From NCBI GenBank assembly GCA_019454875.1, contig JACFNL010000008.1, positions 1,567-65,566 of the forward strand: a DNA stretch of 64,000 nt, written 5' to 3'. Position numbers and translations under genes: made by a program. Of the stretch, positions 29,498 through 39,569 are shown piece by piece. Under the pieces are notes generated by a model. The model did no database searches. It worked only from the letters and a program-made list of their open reading frames with translations, and was not told the origin of the DNA. Source of the stretch: Candidatus Cloacimonadota bacterium. Its GTDB lineage: Bacteria; Muiribacteriota; UBA6191. Numbering within the stretch: the first letter of the stretch is position 1; each line of letters starts with the position of its first letter.

Positions 29498-30067
29498 GCT
29501 ATGATTTCCGTCTTTTCCTGCTCCTGGTCTAATCCAACCATACCCAGCAATTTTTCTGCCCTTTACACCCGTCACAAGGTATCACAAATCCTCTTTGATC
29601 TTACAAGCCATTTTCAACTCAACTCCCTGATCATCGGGCTTGAAGATCGAACCACCAGTCTTGGTTTTCACAACTGCGACTTTTCCGAATGTATGAAAAA
29701 TGCCTTACATACCAATAAGTTTGTTTCCATTCCTGCCCATAGTTTTTTGGCCCTGATTCCTGTAGAAACATTCCGTCCGTCTTTGCTGGACAATATAGAG
29801 AAAATTAACAAGAAGGTTCAATCAAGTTCACCTAAAACAATTGATTTGGTTGCCAGACAAACATCCCTGCCAGTACTCATTGGAAGCCTGTTGAAAGTAT
29901 TGGAGATCAAGGCCGGCATATCTGCTAAAGTACAGGGGTCAGTAAGCGTATACCTTAAATCTGCCGATGCTTTGGAGGTATTGGCCTGGCTATTTATGCT
30001 GCATAGTCTAGAAATTCGTAACAGTCACGGAGTATTTGTAGTCGCCCCAGACTACTTTACCCCTTAA
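29498..30067 (+). CDS. hypothetical protein (~190 aa)
   Basis: ORF 29372..30067, trimmed to the internal ATG just past the convergent rhomboid gene; no motifs recognised. Confidence 0.3.
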   Translation, partial: AMISVFSCSWSNPTIPSNFSALYTRHKVSQILFDLTSHFQLNSLIIGLEDRTTSLGFHNCDFSECMKNALHTNKFVSIPAHSFLALIPVETFRPSLLDNIEKINKKVQSSSPKTIDLVARQTSLPVLIGSLLKVLEIKAGISAKVQGSVSVYLKSADALEVLAWLFMLHSLEIRNSHGVFVVAPDYFTP

Positions 30068-30078
30068 AGGAATCATGT

Positions 30079-30768
30079 ATGAAACCGCAAAATTCGTTGA
30101 GCTCTGAAGTCTCTGTAATCTGGCAGCAGCTTGGATATGGTGAACCCAGACAGTTTGTATGTGGCTTCTGTAGTGCCAATGTTGCCAGCGAACGCGGGTA
30201 TTTTGCCCAGGATCCGGTCACAGGAGAAATGCTGATGCAGCTTAATATCTGCCATCTATGCTCCAGGCCCACCTTTTTTGATGAAAAAGGTCTGCAACAT
30301 CCTCCCCCATCTTCAACCCAGCCCATTCAACACATAGTCAACCCTGAGATACGGGCCCTTCTGGATGAGGCAAGGCGTTGTCTTTCCGTTCATGCTCACA
30401 CAGCTGCCTACTGGTGCTGCAAAAAAATTCTGATTCTTGTTTGCCGGGATAAGGGACAGAATCAGATCCAGAGCACTAGCGAAGCCCTGGATTACCTCAA
30501 GGACTCCGGTCATATTCCCCCTGCCTTGATAGAGGCTACAGAAACAATACAGAAGAGCATGCCTCCTGCCTCCGTTTTAAGGGTGCAATCCCATTCAGAA
30601 TCGCTTGAACTTTACCAGTTTACCGATATTATTCTGCGTCTGGTGTATGAACTGCCTCAAACTATGCGTGAATTGCAGAGTCAATCCAAACGAGACACGG
30701 CCAAAGTAACCGTTGGCAGCCATACCAATCAGATTTTAAACAAGCTGCAAAAGGGCTACATCAAATGA
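30079..30768 (+). CDS. zinc-ribbon protein with C-terminal helical domain (DUF4145-like?)
   Basis: CGFC...(24 aa)...CHLC predicted zinc ribbon, then LDEARRCLSVHAHTAAYWCCKKIL helical region. 4-bp overlap with the downstream transporter gene. Confidence 0.4.
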   Translation: MKPQNSLSSEVSVIWQQLGYGEPRQFVCGFCSANVASERGYFAQDPVTGEMLMQLNICHLCSRPTFFDEKGLQHPPPSSTQPIQHIVNPEIRALLDEARRCLSVHAHTAAYWCCKKILILVCRDKGQNQIQSTSEALDYLKDSGHIPPALIEATETIQKSMPPASVLRVQSHSESLELYQFTDIILRLVYELPQTMRELQSQSKRDTAKVTVGSHTNQILNKLQKGYIK

Positions 30769-32057
30769 AAATTCATCAAAAAATTCTTGTGGGAATGGGG
30801 CTTGGAATATTGACAGGTCATTTGTTCGGAGCTCACTCACCATTTGAATTTTTCCAGGGTGAATTAGGTCAGCGGCTGATGTTAAATCTCAACATTGTGG
30901 GTGAGATCTTTCTGAAGCTTTTAAAAATGGTGGTTGTACCTCTCATATTTTTTTCCATGGTTTTAGGAATTGCTTCCATGGATAGTGTCGCCTCCATTGG
31001 CAGGGCCGGAAGCAGAATCCTTCTGTATTTTCTAGGCACAACAGCCCTTGCGATAACCATTGGACTTAGTCTATCCCTGATGATTGAGCCCGGAAGTTAT
31101 CTGCATGAAACCAAAAGACTGGAGTTGATGGCTGAAAATAATGAGGCCATAAAAAAGATGGAGTCGCTCTCAGAGAGCTCCCAGTCCGGGATGGTGGAAC
31201 TGATTCGTAAAAACCTTCTGGATATGATTCCGGCAAATCCCATTGAGTCCATGGCCAAAACCCAGATATTGCAGATTATAGTGTTTGCCCTGTTTTTTGG
31301 AATTGGAATCACCGGTCTTGAGGAAAAGAAAAAAAAGACTCTTCTGGAGACATGTCATGGGATCAACGACATCATGATTTATCTGGTTGAAAAGATTATT
31401 CTTCTGGCTCCCTATGGAGTATTTACACTAATGGCAGAGGCAATATCCAAGCAGGGTCTGGGTATATTAAATGCACTGGCTGCCTATTTTGTAACCGTGA
31501 TTTTTGGTCTTATGCTTCAGCTGGTATTTTATTTGACTGTGGTGCGCTTTGCTGGTGGATTATCCCCTTTGTACTTTTTAAGGCAGATGCGCGAGGCCCT
31601 GATTCTGGCATTTTCAACCTCATCATCCTCAGCTACCCTGCCTGTAACTATGAGGCTGGCTGAAAAGGGACTTGGTATCCCCCCTAAAACCACTTCTTTT
31701 GTGCTCCCTCTGGGTGCCACCATCAATATGGATGGAACGGCACTGTATCAGGGAGTTGCCGTGGTCTTTATCTGTCAGGTCTACGGACATGCTCTAGGCC
31801 CTATTGAACTTTTAACCATTGTTTTAATGGCCACCATGGCCTCCATTGGAGCAGCCGGTATACCGGGGGCAGGGATTCTAACCCTGGTCATGGTCCTGGA
31901 TTCAGTGGCACCAGTCCTGGTGGCAGGCATAGCCCTGATTTTGGGAGTGGATCGAATTCTTGATATGTGCCGCACCACCATCAATGTCTGTGGTGATTGT
32001 GCAGCCTGTATAGTGATGAATCTTTTTAACACTGAATCATCAGAACCAAAGCCCTGA
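30765..32057 (+). CDS. dicarboxylate/amino-acid:cation symporter (DAACS/GltP family)
   Basis: Eight-plus TM profile; motifs PLGATINMDGTALYQ and AGIPGAGILTL (hairpin loops HP1/HP2 of GltP-family carriers). Confidence 0.85.
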   Translation: MKIHQKILVGMGLGILTGHLFGAHSPFEFFQGELGQRLMLNLNIVGEIFLKLLKMVVVPLIFFSMVLGIASMDSVASIGRAGSRILLYFLGTTALAITIGLSLSLMIEPGSYLHETKRLELMAENNEAIKKMESLSESSQSGMVELIRKNLLDMIPANPIESMAKTQILQIIVFALFFGIGITGLEEKKKKTLLETCHGINDIMIYLVEKIILLAPYGVFTLMAEAISKQGLGILNALAAYFVTVIFGLMLQLVFYLTVVRFAGGLSPLYFLRQMREALILAFSTSSSSATLPVTMRLAEKGLGIPPKTTSFVLPLGATINMDGTALYQGVAVVFICQVYGHALGPIELLTIVLMATMASIGAAGIPGAGILTLVMVLDSVAPVLVAGIALILGVDRILDMCRTTINVCGDCAACIVMNLFNTESSEPKP

Positions 32058-32079
32058 TGATTCAGGTTAAACCATAAAC

Positions 32080-32997
32080 TTAATAGACCATGGACAGGCC
32101 AGCAGGGCCTGCATAGCGTTTGCGGCTCTGGGATAGAGCCTGCTTCACGGTCTCACCAATCATGGCTGGTGTTTCAGCCACAAATAAACCACATTCCCGC
32201 ATTACCTTCATCTTGGCGTGAGCAGTTTCATCCCCTCCAGAAATAATGGCCCCGGCATGGCCCATTCTTCGTCCAGGAGGAGCAGTCTGACCGGCAATAA
32301 AACCAATCACAGGCTTACTCATGTTATCACGAATCCAGGCCGCTGCTTCGGGTTCCAGGGAACCACCAATTTCACCTATCATCACAACAGCATCTGTGTC
32401 ACGATCGGCTTCAAACAAAGCCAGAAGATCAATAAACTGAGTGCCAATAATTGGATCTCCACCAATACCTACACAGGTAGACTGGCCTATGCCTAATTCT
32501 GTAAGCTGATTCACTGCCTCGTAGGTCAAAGTACCTGATTTGGAAATGAGACCAACCCGTCCTGGCATATGAATAAATCCAGGCATAATTCCAATTTTTG
32601 CCTGGCCCGGTGTAATAATTCCAGGACAGTTTGGACCAATCAGACGAGACTTGGAAGACTTCAGAGCACTGTAAACCTTAACCATATCATTCACAGGAAT
32701 TCCTTCTGTGATACATACAATCAGTTCAATGGATGCCTCAATGGACTCAAGGATTGCATCAGCCGCAAAAGCGGGAGGAACAAAAATCAGGCTTACATTA
32801 CAGGCTGTTGCCATACGGGCTTCATAAACTGTATCAAAAACCGGAAGGCCTTCAAACTCCTGTCCGCCTTTACCTGGAGTGACCCCTCCAACTACATTGG
32901 TACCGTACTCACGGCACTGGGATGCATGAAAGCCCCCTTCTTTACCGGTAATACCCTGAACAATTACCCTGGAATGATTTCCTACTAAAATACTCAT
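32080..32997 (-). CDS. sucD: succinyl-CoA synthetase alpha subunit
   Basis: [24 protein letters not shown], active-site His region [10 protein letters not shown]. Confidence 0.9.
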   Translation of the reverse strand: MSILVGNHSRVIVQGITGKEGGFHASQCREYGTNVVGGVTPGKGGQEFEGLPVFDTVYEARMATACNVSLIFVPPAFAADAILESIEASIELIVCITEGIPVNDMVKVYSALKSSKSRLIGPNCPGIITPGQAKIGIMPGFIHMPGRVGLISKSGTLTYEAVNQLTELGIGQSTCVGIGGDPIIGTQFIDLLALFEADRDTDAVVMIGEIGGSLEPEAAAWIRDNMSKPVIGFIAGQTAPPGRRMGHAGAIISGGDETAHAKMKVMRECGLFVAETPAMIGETVKQALSQSRKRYAGPAGLSMVY

Positions 32998-33008
32998 GCC
33001 CTACCCCC

Positions 33009-34175
33009 TCAATTCCTGATGGCCTTGACCACTTTTTCTGCAGCATCCTTGATCCCGGTCGCTGTAATAATACTGATACCAGAATCATTTAACATGCGGC
33101 GCGCTTCTTCAGCATTGGTACCAGAGAGCCGCACAACCAGAGGTACTTTTAAAGGTACAATTTTCATGGCATCCAAAACACCCTGGGCTACCCTGTCACA
33201 ACGCACAATACCACCGAAGATATTAATCAGAATGGCTTTTACATTGGGGTCCTTGGTAATGATAGAAAATGCATTGGCAACAGTGGCCGCACTGGCACCG
33301 CCCCCTACATCCAAAAAGTTGGCAGGTTCTCCCCCACAATATTTAATGATGTCCATGGTTCCCATTGCCAAACCAGCTCCATTCACCATACAGCCCACAT
33401 TTCCATCCAGTTTGATATAGTTCAAACCAAATTTCTGGGCTTCCAGTTCAAGTGGATCTTCCTCATGTTCATCCCTTAAAGCAGCAGCCTCAGGATGCCG
33501 GTACAGTGAGTTGTCATCCAGGGTCAATTTACAGTCAAGGGCGAACAGTTCGCCTTCTTTGGTTGTAACAAGAGGGTTGATTTCCACCAGGGAACAATCC
33601 ATCTCCATATAAGCCTGATAAAGAGAACGGCAGAAGTCATGAAACTTCTGAACCATGGCCTTATCGGTAAACCCCAAAGCCTTGGTCATTTTACGAAGAC
33701 TAGCACCAGTGATTCCATTGGCAACATCAATACGGGTTTTCACAATTTTTTCTGGATGGGCTTCAGCTACTTCTTCAATGTCCATCCCACCTTCGGTAGA
33801 ACAGATAGCAGTTACCTTGCCAGCAGTTCGATCCAGTGTCATGGCCAGATAATATTCCTTGGTTATATTCATACCCTGTTCAATAAGGATTTTGCGAACT
33901 TTCTGTCCTGAAGGGCCTGTCTGATGAGTAATGAGCTGCATTCCTAAAATATCAGCAGCATATTTTTCAGCCTGCTGCAGATTTTTTGCGACCTTGACTC
34001 CTCCGCCTTTGCCCCTGCCACCTGCATGAATCTGTGCTTTCACCACACAAACCTCAGTAGGCAGTTTCTTGTGAATTTTTTTAACATCCGAAAGCTTGTC
34101 TGTCACAAAGCCGACAGGCACACTCACCCCATACCTTTTCAGGATTTCCTTGGCCTGAAACTCATGAATCTTCAT
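33009..34175 (-). CDS. sucC: succinyl-CoA synthetase beta subunit
   Basis: MKIHEFQAKEILKRYGVSVP ATP-grasp N-terminus, 388 aa, directly upstream of sucD. Confidence 0.9.
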   Translation of the reverse strand: MKIHEFQAKEILKRYGVSVPVGFVTDKLSDVKKIHKKLPTEVCVVKAQIHAGGRGKGGGVKVAKNLQQAEKYAADILGMQLITHQTGPSGQKVRKILIEQGMNITKEYYLAMTLDRTAGKVTAICSTEGGMDIEEVAEAHPEKIVKTRIDVANGITGASLRKMTKALGFTDKAMVQKFHDFCRSLYQAYMEMDCSLVEINPLVTTKEGELFALDCKLTLDDNSLYRHPEAAALRDEHEEDPLELEAQKFGLNYIKLDGNVGCMVNGAGLAMGTMDIIKYCGGEPANFLDVGGGASAATVANAFSIITKDPNVKAILINIFGGIVRCDRVAQGVLDAMKIVPLKVPLVVRLSGTNAEEARRMLNDSGISIITATGIKDAAEKVVKAIRN

Positions 34176-34201
34176 CTGTACCTCTTTTAAATCTATATGG
34201 T

Positions 34202-36415
34202 TTATAGTAACTGACTTCTCAGAATCTGCGCTGTCAAATCAGCTGGAAACCGTTGAAGATATTCCTTAAGAATCAAATCCTTAGAGCTCTCATCCCCAAG
34301 TTCCATATACATCTGAACCAGTGCCCTCACCGTGATGGGAGTATAGAAGGAATCTGGGAATTTCTCAAACATTTCCCGGCCCATTACAGCCCATTTTTGC
34401 ATATGCTCCTTTAAGGACGGTTCCATAAAGGACTTACGAATTCTTAAGGACTGTGCCGAAAGTCTCAACCACAGAATCCTTTCCTCGAAGACAAAATCAA
34501 GCTCGGAACTAAGATCGGAACCAGACAGATCCAGTATCCCCTGCTCCAGCTCCTCCAGATCTCCAGACAGCCACAAAAAATGAAGCTGTACCAGTTTTAC
34601 AAGTGTTTTGTCATCCAGATAGTCTCTCATTGGCAGAAGCAGCATATTAAAGGGTTGCAGTTCAACAAACCAGGGTGAGCTCATGCGATTTTCCATAAAT
34701 TTACGCATCTTCAGAAGTGCATCGCCTAAGGCCAGAGTCCGAAGGCTCAAAACTATATCCAGATAAGCAAAATCTTCATCGCTCAAAACAGGTTTTAACT
34801 GGTCCAGCCTTTGCCTGGCCTCACTTGTCTGCCCTGCCAGAATCATATGTTTTAGAGCATGCACCAGGGATTGACTGTCGGAATAAGCATTTTCCTGAGA
34901 TTCAAACATCTCCTTTTTGTAGGTACGAAACAGCCGAATCGCTTCCCTGGAAGTTCCTGGTATATGATTTAAGGCATCAAGCCACATCAGGTTCAATTTA
35001 GGATTCTGATTTCTTATGGGTTCTGTCAATCCGCTAATCAGCCTGTCTACTAAAAAATAGTCTTTTTGTCTGTGAGCAATCTCGATCCGGATCTTAAGAA
35101 ATTCGGAAGAATCCCTGTAAGGTACATACTCTGAGAGTATCTTACTGGCTACTACCAGATTACGATCTAATCCCTCCTTAATTGCCGGTAAAACAATAGA
35201 TGCCTCCAGGTTAAAATCAAGGGACGACAAACTGAACTGGGGATTTTTATGCAGTACTGACATAACCATTCTGACTGCCCTTATCTGAGAATCGCTATAG
35301 GCTTTTTTCAGAAACTGGGTCAGACTGGCTGCCGGCACATAATCAAGAATCCTTTCTCCCAGTAAAAATCCGTCTTCCTGTCCAAATCGACGAAATAGTT
35401 CCGTATAAAAGTTTTCTTCCTTGCCACGGCTTCCAAAAAGATGCAGGAGGACATCAGAAAGGATCAGGGGGGAACGAATTTTCTGTCTATATGCAGTCAC
35501 AAATTCTACAAGCCGTTCCTCTCTTTGATAATCCAGAAACACCTGGGCAACCTCACGGGCTACTGAAATGGAATTGGCATTAATCTGCAAAACTTGAATC
35601 AGAAGTGACTCGGCCTCTGTCTGCCGACCCTGAGAAAACCACAGTGATGCCAGATCCCGGGCAGTGACAATATCATGGGGCCTTAACTCCACCCTGCGAA
35701 GATAAGCCTTCTCAATCCATTCTGGTTTGTTTTCCTTATGTCCCATAAACAAAATCAAATCAGTGACTGCCTCCCCACTGGCATTTATGATGCCAAAAAA
35801 CAATTCCCGTGCCCTGGGTTTATCAACCTTCTCATAAAGCAGGCGAATCAGAGTCACCCTGACATCCATTGGGTAGGAATTAAATGTCTTTTCTTCAATA
35901 TTTGATACAATCCACTCAGTGAGACTTCCCAATGCCTCATGGCTGATAGAGAGAAGATTCACGATCTGCGAATCCAAAACAACTGGTGCATTTTTTAATA
36001 CTTCTCTGTGCGCCCCTTCCTTGGATAAGGCAGTTAGGTAAGCTAAAAGCCAGGGACCCTCAGGATTTTTTGGAGGGGGAAAATTCATGTCAAGCAGCTG
36101 TTTCAAAACTGAAGACGAAAAAGAACGGGATTTAACATACTCAAGCAGGGCCAAAGACAAACCTGGTTCCTGAGCCAAAGAGGATTGGGAACGGGCAATG
36201 TCCATCCAGCGCAACCCCTCTTCCTCCCTGCCCATACAAAATAAAACCGCACCCTTGTAAAGATCGGAACGGGGAGAACTCTCACCCTCCCTGCTCAAAA
36301 CCAGATAGGCCTGGGAGCAGTTACCAGCTTTGATCAATGCATCCACCAGAAACGAATTCTGAAAACCTTCACAAATCGCCACCAGAAGAAACAGCAGGCT
36401 TAAAGGTTTAATCAT
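34202..36415 (-). CDS. secreted TPR/helical-repeat hypothetical protein (737 aa)
   Basis: Signal peptide MIKPLSLLFLLVAICEGF; long alpha-helical repeat composition. Confidence 0.5.
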   Translation of the reverse strand: MIKPLSLLFLLVAICEGFQNSFLVDALIKAGNCSQAYLVLSREGESSPRSDLYKGAVLFCMGREEEGLRWMDIARSQSSLAQEPGLSLALLEYVKSRSFSSSVLKQLLDMNFPPPKNPEGPWLLAYLTALSKEGAHREVLKNAPVVLDSQIVNLLSISHEALGSLTEWIVSNIEEKTFNSYPMDVRVTLIRLLYEKVDKPRARELFFGIINASGEAVTDLILFMGHKENKPEWIEKAYLRRVELRPHDIVTARDLASLWFSQGRQTEAESLLIQVLQINANSISVAREVAQVFLDYQREERLVEFVTAYRQKIRSPLILSDVLLHLFGSRGKEENFYTELFRRFGQEDGFLLGERILDYVPAASLTQFLKKAYSDSQIRAVRMVMSVLHKNPQFSLSSLDFNLEASIVLPAIKEGLDRNLVVASKILSEYVPYRDSSEFLKIRIEIAHRQKDYFLVDRLISGLTEPIRNQNPKLNLMWLDALNHIPGTSREAIRLFRTYKKEMFESQENAYSDSQSLVHALKHMILAGQTSEARQRLDQLKPVLSDEDFAYLDIVLSLRTLALGDALLKMRKFMENRMSSPWFVELQPFNMLLLPMRDYLDDKTLVKLVQLHFLWLSGDLEELEQGILDLSGSDLSSELDFVFEERILWLRLSAQSLRIRKSFMEPSLKEHMQKWAVMGREMFEKFPDSFYTPITVRALVQMYMELGDESSKDLILKEYLQRFPADLTAQILRSQLL

Positions 36416-36717
36416 GAACCAAGCCTGTCATCCTCAGGAATAAAAACCTGATACCATGTTGGTTCGCCCAAAAGTTCATCAACTTCCTTCTGAACCGCCT
36501 GTCTCTCCTGACTTTCCACCCATCGTTCCCAATCGGAAAGACTAGCCCAGTTACTGATCACCAACTGCTGCTCAGAATCATCGGCATTGCGCAGGGTCTC
36601 ACCTCCCAGATATCCCGGACTACGGCGAGCCAGATATCGAAGCTGAGCCAGAAGCGGTGCCAGTTCTGCCTCGAGCCCCTTGGCCACCCTGCGTTGAATC
36701 ATAATTCTTGCGGTCAT
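36412..36717 (-). CDS. ABM (antibiotic-biosynthesis-monooxygenase/Dabb)-like small protein
   Basis: 101 aa; QLVISNWASLSDWERWVESQER pattern typical of the ABM ferredoxin-like fold; 4-bp overlap with the downstream gene. Confidence 0.4.
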   Translation of the reverse strand: MTARIMIQRRVAKGLEAELAPLLAQLRYLARRSPGYLGGETLRNADDSEQQLVISNWASLSDWERWVESQERQAVQKEVDELLGEPTWYQVFIPEDDRLGS

Positions 36718-36831
36718 ATCATCCCCTGTGTGTCGTCACTTGTGGTAATGCTACAACGGTCTTCCTCTCATTGCAATGAACCTGAGTACTCGGTATAATC
36801 TGCCCCGAATTCTTGGAAAGGAAGGCCAATC

Positions 36832-38277
36832 ATGAGCACACGCACCCCCATCACAGTTGCCTACGGAGACGGAATCGGTCCAGAGATTATGGAAGCGACC
36901 CTCAGAATTTTGAACGCTGCCGGAGCCCAGCTTGACATTGAAACCATTGAAATTGGAGAGAAGGTCTACTTGCGCGGGATCAAGGACGGGATTGAACCGA
37001 AGGCCTGGGATTCGCTTTTGCGCACCAGGGTGTTCTTGAAGGCACCAATTACTACTCCTCAGGGTGGGGGTTATAAAAGCCTCAATGTTACTACAAGAAA
37101 AGCCTTAGGACTTTATGCCAATGTCAGGCCATGTATCTCCTATGCACCTTACATTGCTACGGCCCATCCCAAAATGGATGTAGTTATTGTACGGGAGAAT
37201 GAGGAAGATTTATATGCCGGTATTGAGCACAGGCAGACCCAGGAAGTGTATCAGTGTTTAAAACTCATCACCAGGCCCGGATGCGAAAGAATCATTCGAT
37301 ACGCCTTTGAATATGCCCGTGAAAACAATCGAAAACGGGTCAGTCTTTTTGTCAAAGATAATATTATGAAAATGACTGACGGGATTATGCACAAGGTGTT
37401 TGATGAAATTGCCAGACAGTATCCCGATATTGAAAATGATCACTATATTATTGATATCGGGGCTGCCCGGTTAGCCGACACCCCGGAAATGTTTGATGTG
37501 ATTGTCACCTTAAATCTTTACGGTGACATCATTTCAGATATTGCAGCCCAAATCGCGGGTTCCGTCGGCCTTGCGGGAACATCAAATATTGGTAATAGCT
37601 GCTCTATGTTTGAAGCCATTCACGGTTCGGCACCAACCATCGCCGGACAGGATATTGCCAACCCATCGGGTTTGATTCTGGCATCAGTCATGATGCTTGT
37701 GCATATCGGACAGCACGACATTGCCTCTTTGGTTCATAATGCCTGGCTTAAAACAATTGAAGATGGAGTTCATACAGCCGACATCAAGGACACCCATAAC
37801 TTTGGCAAAAAGGTGGGAACCCATGAGTTTGCCAATTCTGTAATTGATAGATTGGGGCAAAAACCTCTGGTCTTTGCAGAAATGAATTACAAGCCTGCTG
37901 AAGCCCCTGCCTCATCTTATGTTCCAGTGGCCAGCATCCAGGTTGAGCAGTTCAAGGAACTGATGGGGGTAGATGTATTTATTGATTTGGCAAAGGTTCG
38001 TCCACAGTCATTAGGTGATTCTCTTAAAGAACTAGAGTCTAAGGATTTACCCTTAACTTTCATTTCCAACCGTGGCATCAAGGTGTATCCCGGTGGTTTA
38101 GCTGAAACCGTCTGTTCCGATCACTGGAGGGTCCGTTTTTTAAGTCCTGATAAATCGGTTTCACATCATGAGATTCTAAAACTTCTTCAAAGAATTGTAG
38201 ACTCTGGCTACGATGTGATTAAGACAGAAAATCTCTATCACTTTGACGGGCAGCCAGGATTCTCTGGATCCCATTAA
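36832..38277 (+). CDS. isocitrate/isopropylmalate-dehydrogenase-family enzyme, probable isocitrate dehydrogenase with ~135-aa C-terminal extension
   Basis: ITVAYGDGIGPEIMEA, NLYGDIISD, AIHGSAPTIAGQDIANP are beta-decarboxylating dehydrogenase hallmarks; the core ends near residue 345 and the protein is 481 aa. Confidence 0.7.
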   Translation: MSTRTPITVAYGDGIGPEIMEATLRILNAAGAQLDIETIEIGEKVYLRGIKDGIEPKAWDSLLRTRVFLKAPITTPQGGGYKSLNVTTRKALGLYANVRPCISYAPYIATAHPKMDVVIVRENEEDLYAGIEHRQTQEVYQCLKLITRPGCERIIRYAFEYARENNRKRVSLFVKDNIMKMTDGIMHKVFDEIARQYPDIENDHYIIDIGAARLADTPEMFDVIVTLNLYGDIISDIAAQIAGSVGLAGTSNIGNSCSMFEAIHGSAPTIAGQDIANPSGLILASVMMLVHIGQHDIASLVHNAWLKTIEDGVHTADIKDTHNFGKKVGTHEFANSVIDRLGQKPLVFAEMNYKPAEAPASSYVPVASIQVEQFKELMGVDVFIDLAKVRPQSLGDSLKELESKDLPLTFISNRGIKVYPGGLAETVCSDHWRVRFLSPDKSVSHHEILKLLQRIVDSGYDVIKTENLYHFDGQPGFSGSH

Positions 38278-38283
38278 GGCAGT

Positions 38284-39120
38284 ATGTCAAAAATCTGGTT
38301 TGTGTTTTTTGTTTTGGTCTCACCTTGTTATTCTCTGCCAGAACTGGAACTTCCCAGATTGTGGAACCGTCCTGAAACCTGGCTTGGGCTTGGATTTTTC
38401 CTAAGTCCAAGCCAGGATTTTAAGTATCAGAACTGCCATCTGGAAGCTCAGCACACTTTTTCACTTTCAGAAAGCCCAAATCAGCTATTAATTGTTCATG
38501 AAGTTAAAAACCAGACTCTGATACTAAAACAGGAAAATCAGAGAATGGTCTACTGCCGCCCCGATTCATCCGGTATGTTTCCCGAACTTGTGTTTTACAA
38601 GGATCTATTGGATGCCAAGTCCCACCTCATGAACAAAACAGTGTTTTCCAGGTCGGGAGAAGCTCTTATTAAAAACAAATCCGGGGTCTTGGTACCCCAG
38701 AAAATTGATCGTTTCAAAGAATTTCTAATCCGTGATATCAACCTTCATCCCGCATCTTCGGTCTATAGTCTCATAGCTGAGCTTTTTGGTACGGACCGAC
38801 AGATTGTTTTTATTCCATTTTCTGTCTCAGGAGTCAATCAAAGCACTCCGGTTGCTAGCATAACAAACCATCTGCTTTTGCAGTCTCCTATTGAAAAATA
38901 TTCCCTTGTGGCGGAAGACTGGAATAATTTACGCTCAGGCCAGGTAAGGGAAGGGTACTCCATTGAACTTGTGGAACTGATCCGGGGCAAGCCCATGCGC
39001 AGAGTGGAAAATTCAGAGCACACAACACTAATCTATCAGAATAAGGCCAGCCTTTTACACCATGTATTTTTTAAGGGAAGACTTCTGACTGTTCGCGAAG
39101 AAGTAAGTGACGAGTTATGA
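38284..39120 (+). CDS. secreted hypothetical protein (278 aa)
   Basis: Signal peptide MSKIWFVFFVLVSPCYSLP; no motifs recognised. Confidence 0.45.
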   Translation: MSKIWFVFFVLVSPCYSLPELELPRLWNRPETWLGLGFFLSPSQDFKYQNCHLEAQHTFSLSESPNQLLIVHEVKNQTLILKQENQRMVYCRPDSSGMFPELVFYKDLLDAKSHLMNKTVFSRSGEALIKNKSGVLVPQKIDRFKEFLIRDINLHPASSVYSLIAELFGTDRQIVFIPFSVSGVNQSTPVASITNHLLLQSPIEKYSLVAEDWNNLRSGQVREGYSIELVELIRGKPMRRVENSEHTTLIYQNKASLLHHVFFKGRLLTVREEVSDEL

Positions 39121-39569
39121 ATCATTCCAGACAGTTTCCCGTTAAGGAATTCTGTGACCGAGTCCTTAAGGATTTACAGTCCAAAGGATCCCTGGATCCT
39201 AAAGCAATCCATCAACTCAAGTTTCTCAACCAGCTGAACAGACACTGGAGAGCAATCTGTGGGCCTCTGTTATTTCCACATTTGAAACCCAGAGGCATTC
39301 GAGGACATACCCTGGTTCTGGAAGCCACACACAATCTCTGGGCAGAACAGGCCCGCTGCTACCAGGAGGAGCTGCTTAAACGGCTCAAGGAGCATATCCC
39401 CTGGCTGATTGTATCTCAAATCCGTTTTGAAGCAGGAGCAAATCAGCCAGTAAATGCCAGCGGCAACCCTAAACCAACCCCAAGGCCACAGTGTCAGGAT
39501 TCCTTCCATCCTGTCCGTGATGCTAACAACAAGCTCTCAAAAATTCTGGAATTGCTTCAGTCACCTTGA
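39117..39569 (+). CDS. DUF721/DciA-like small protein (150 aa)
   Basis: Size, HWRAICGPLL...HTLVLEATHNLWAEQ pattern and basic C-terminus resemble DUF721. 4-bp overlaps at both ends. Confidence 0.35.
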   Translation: MNHSRQFPVKEFCDRVLKDLQSKGSLDPKAIHQLKFLNQLNRHWRAICGPLLFPHLKPRGIRGHTLVLEATHNLWAEQARCYQEELLKRLKEHIPWLIVSQIRFEAGANQPVNASGNPKPTPRPQCQDSFHPVRDANNKLSKILELLQSP

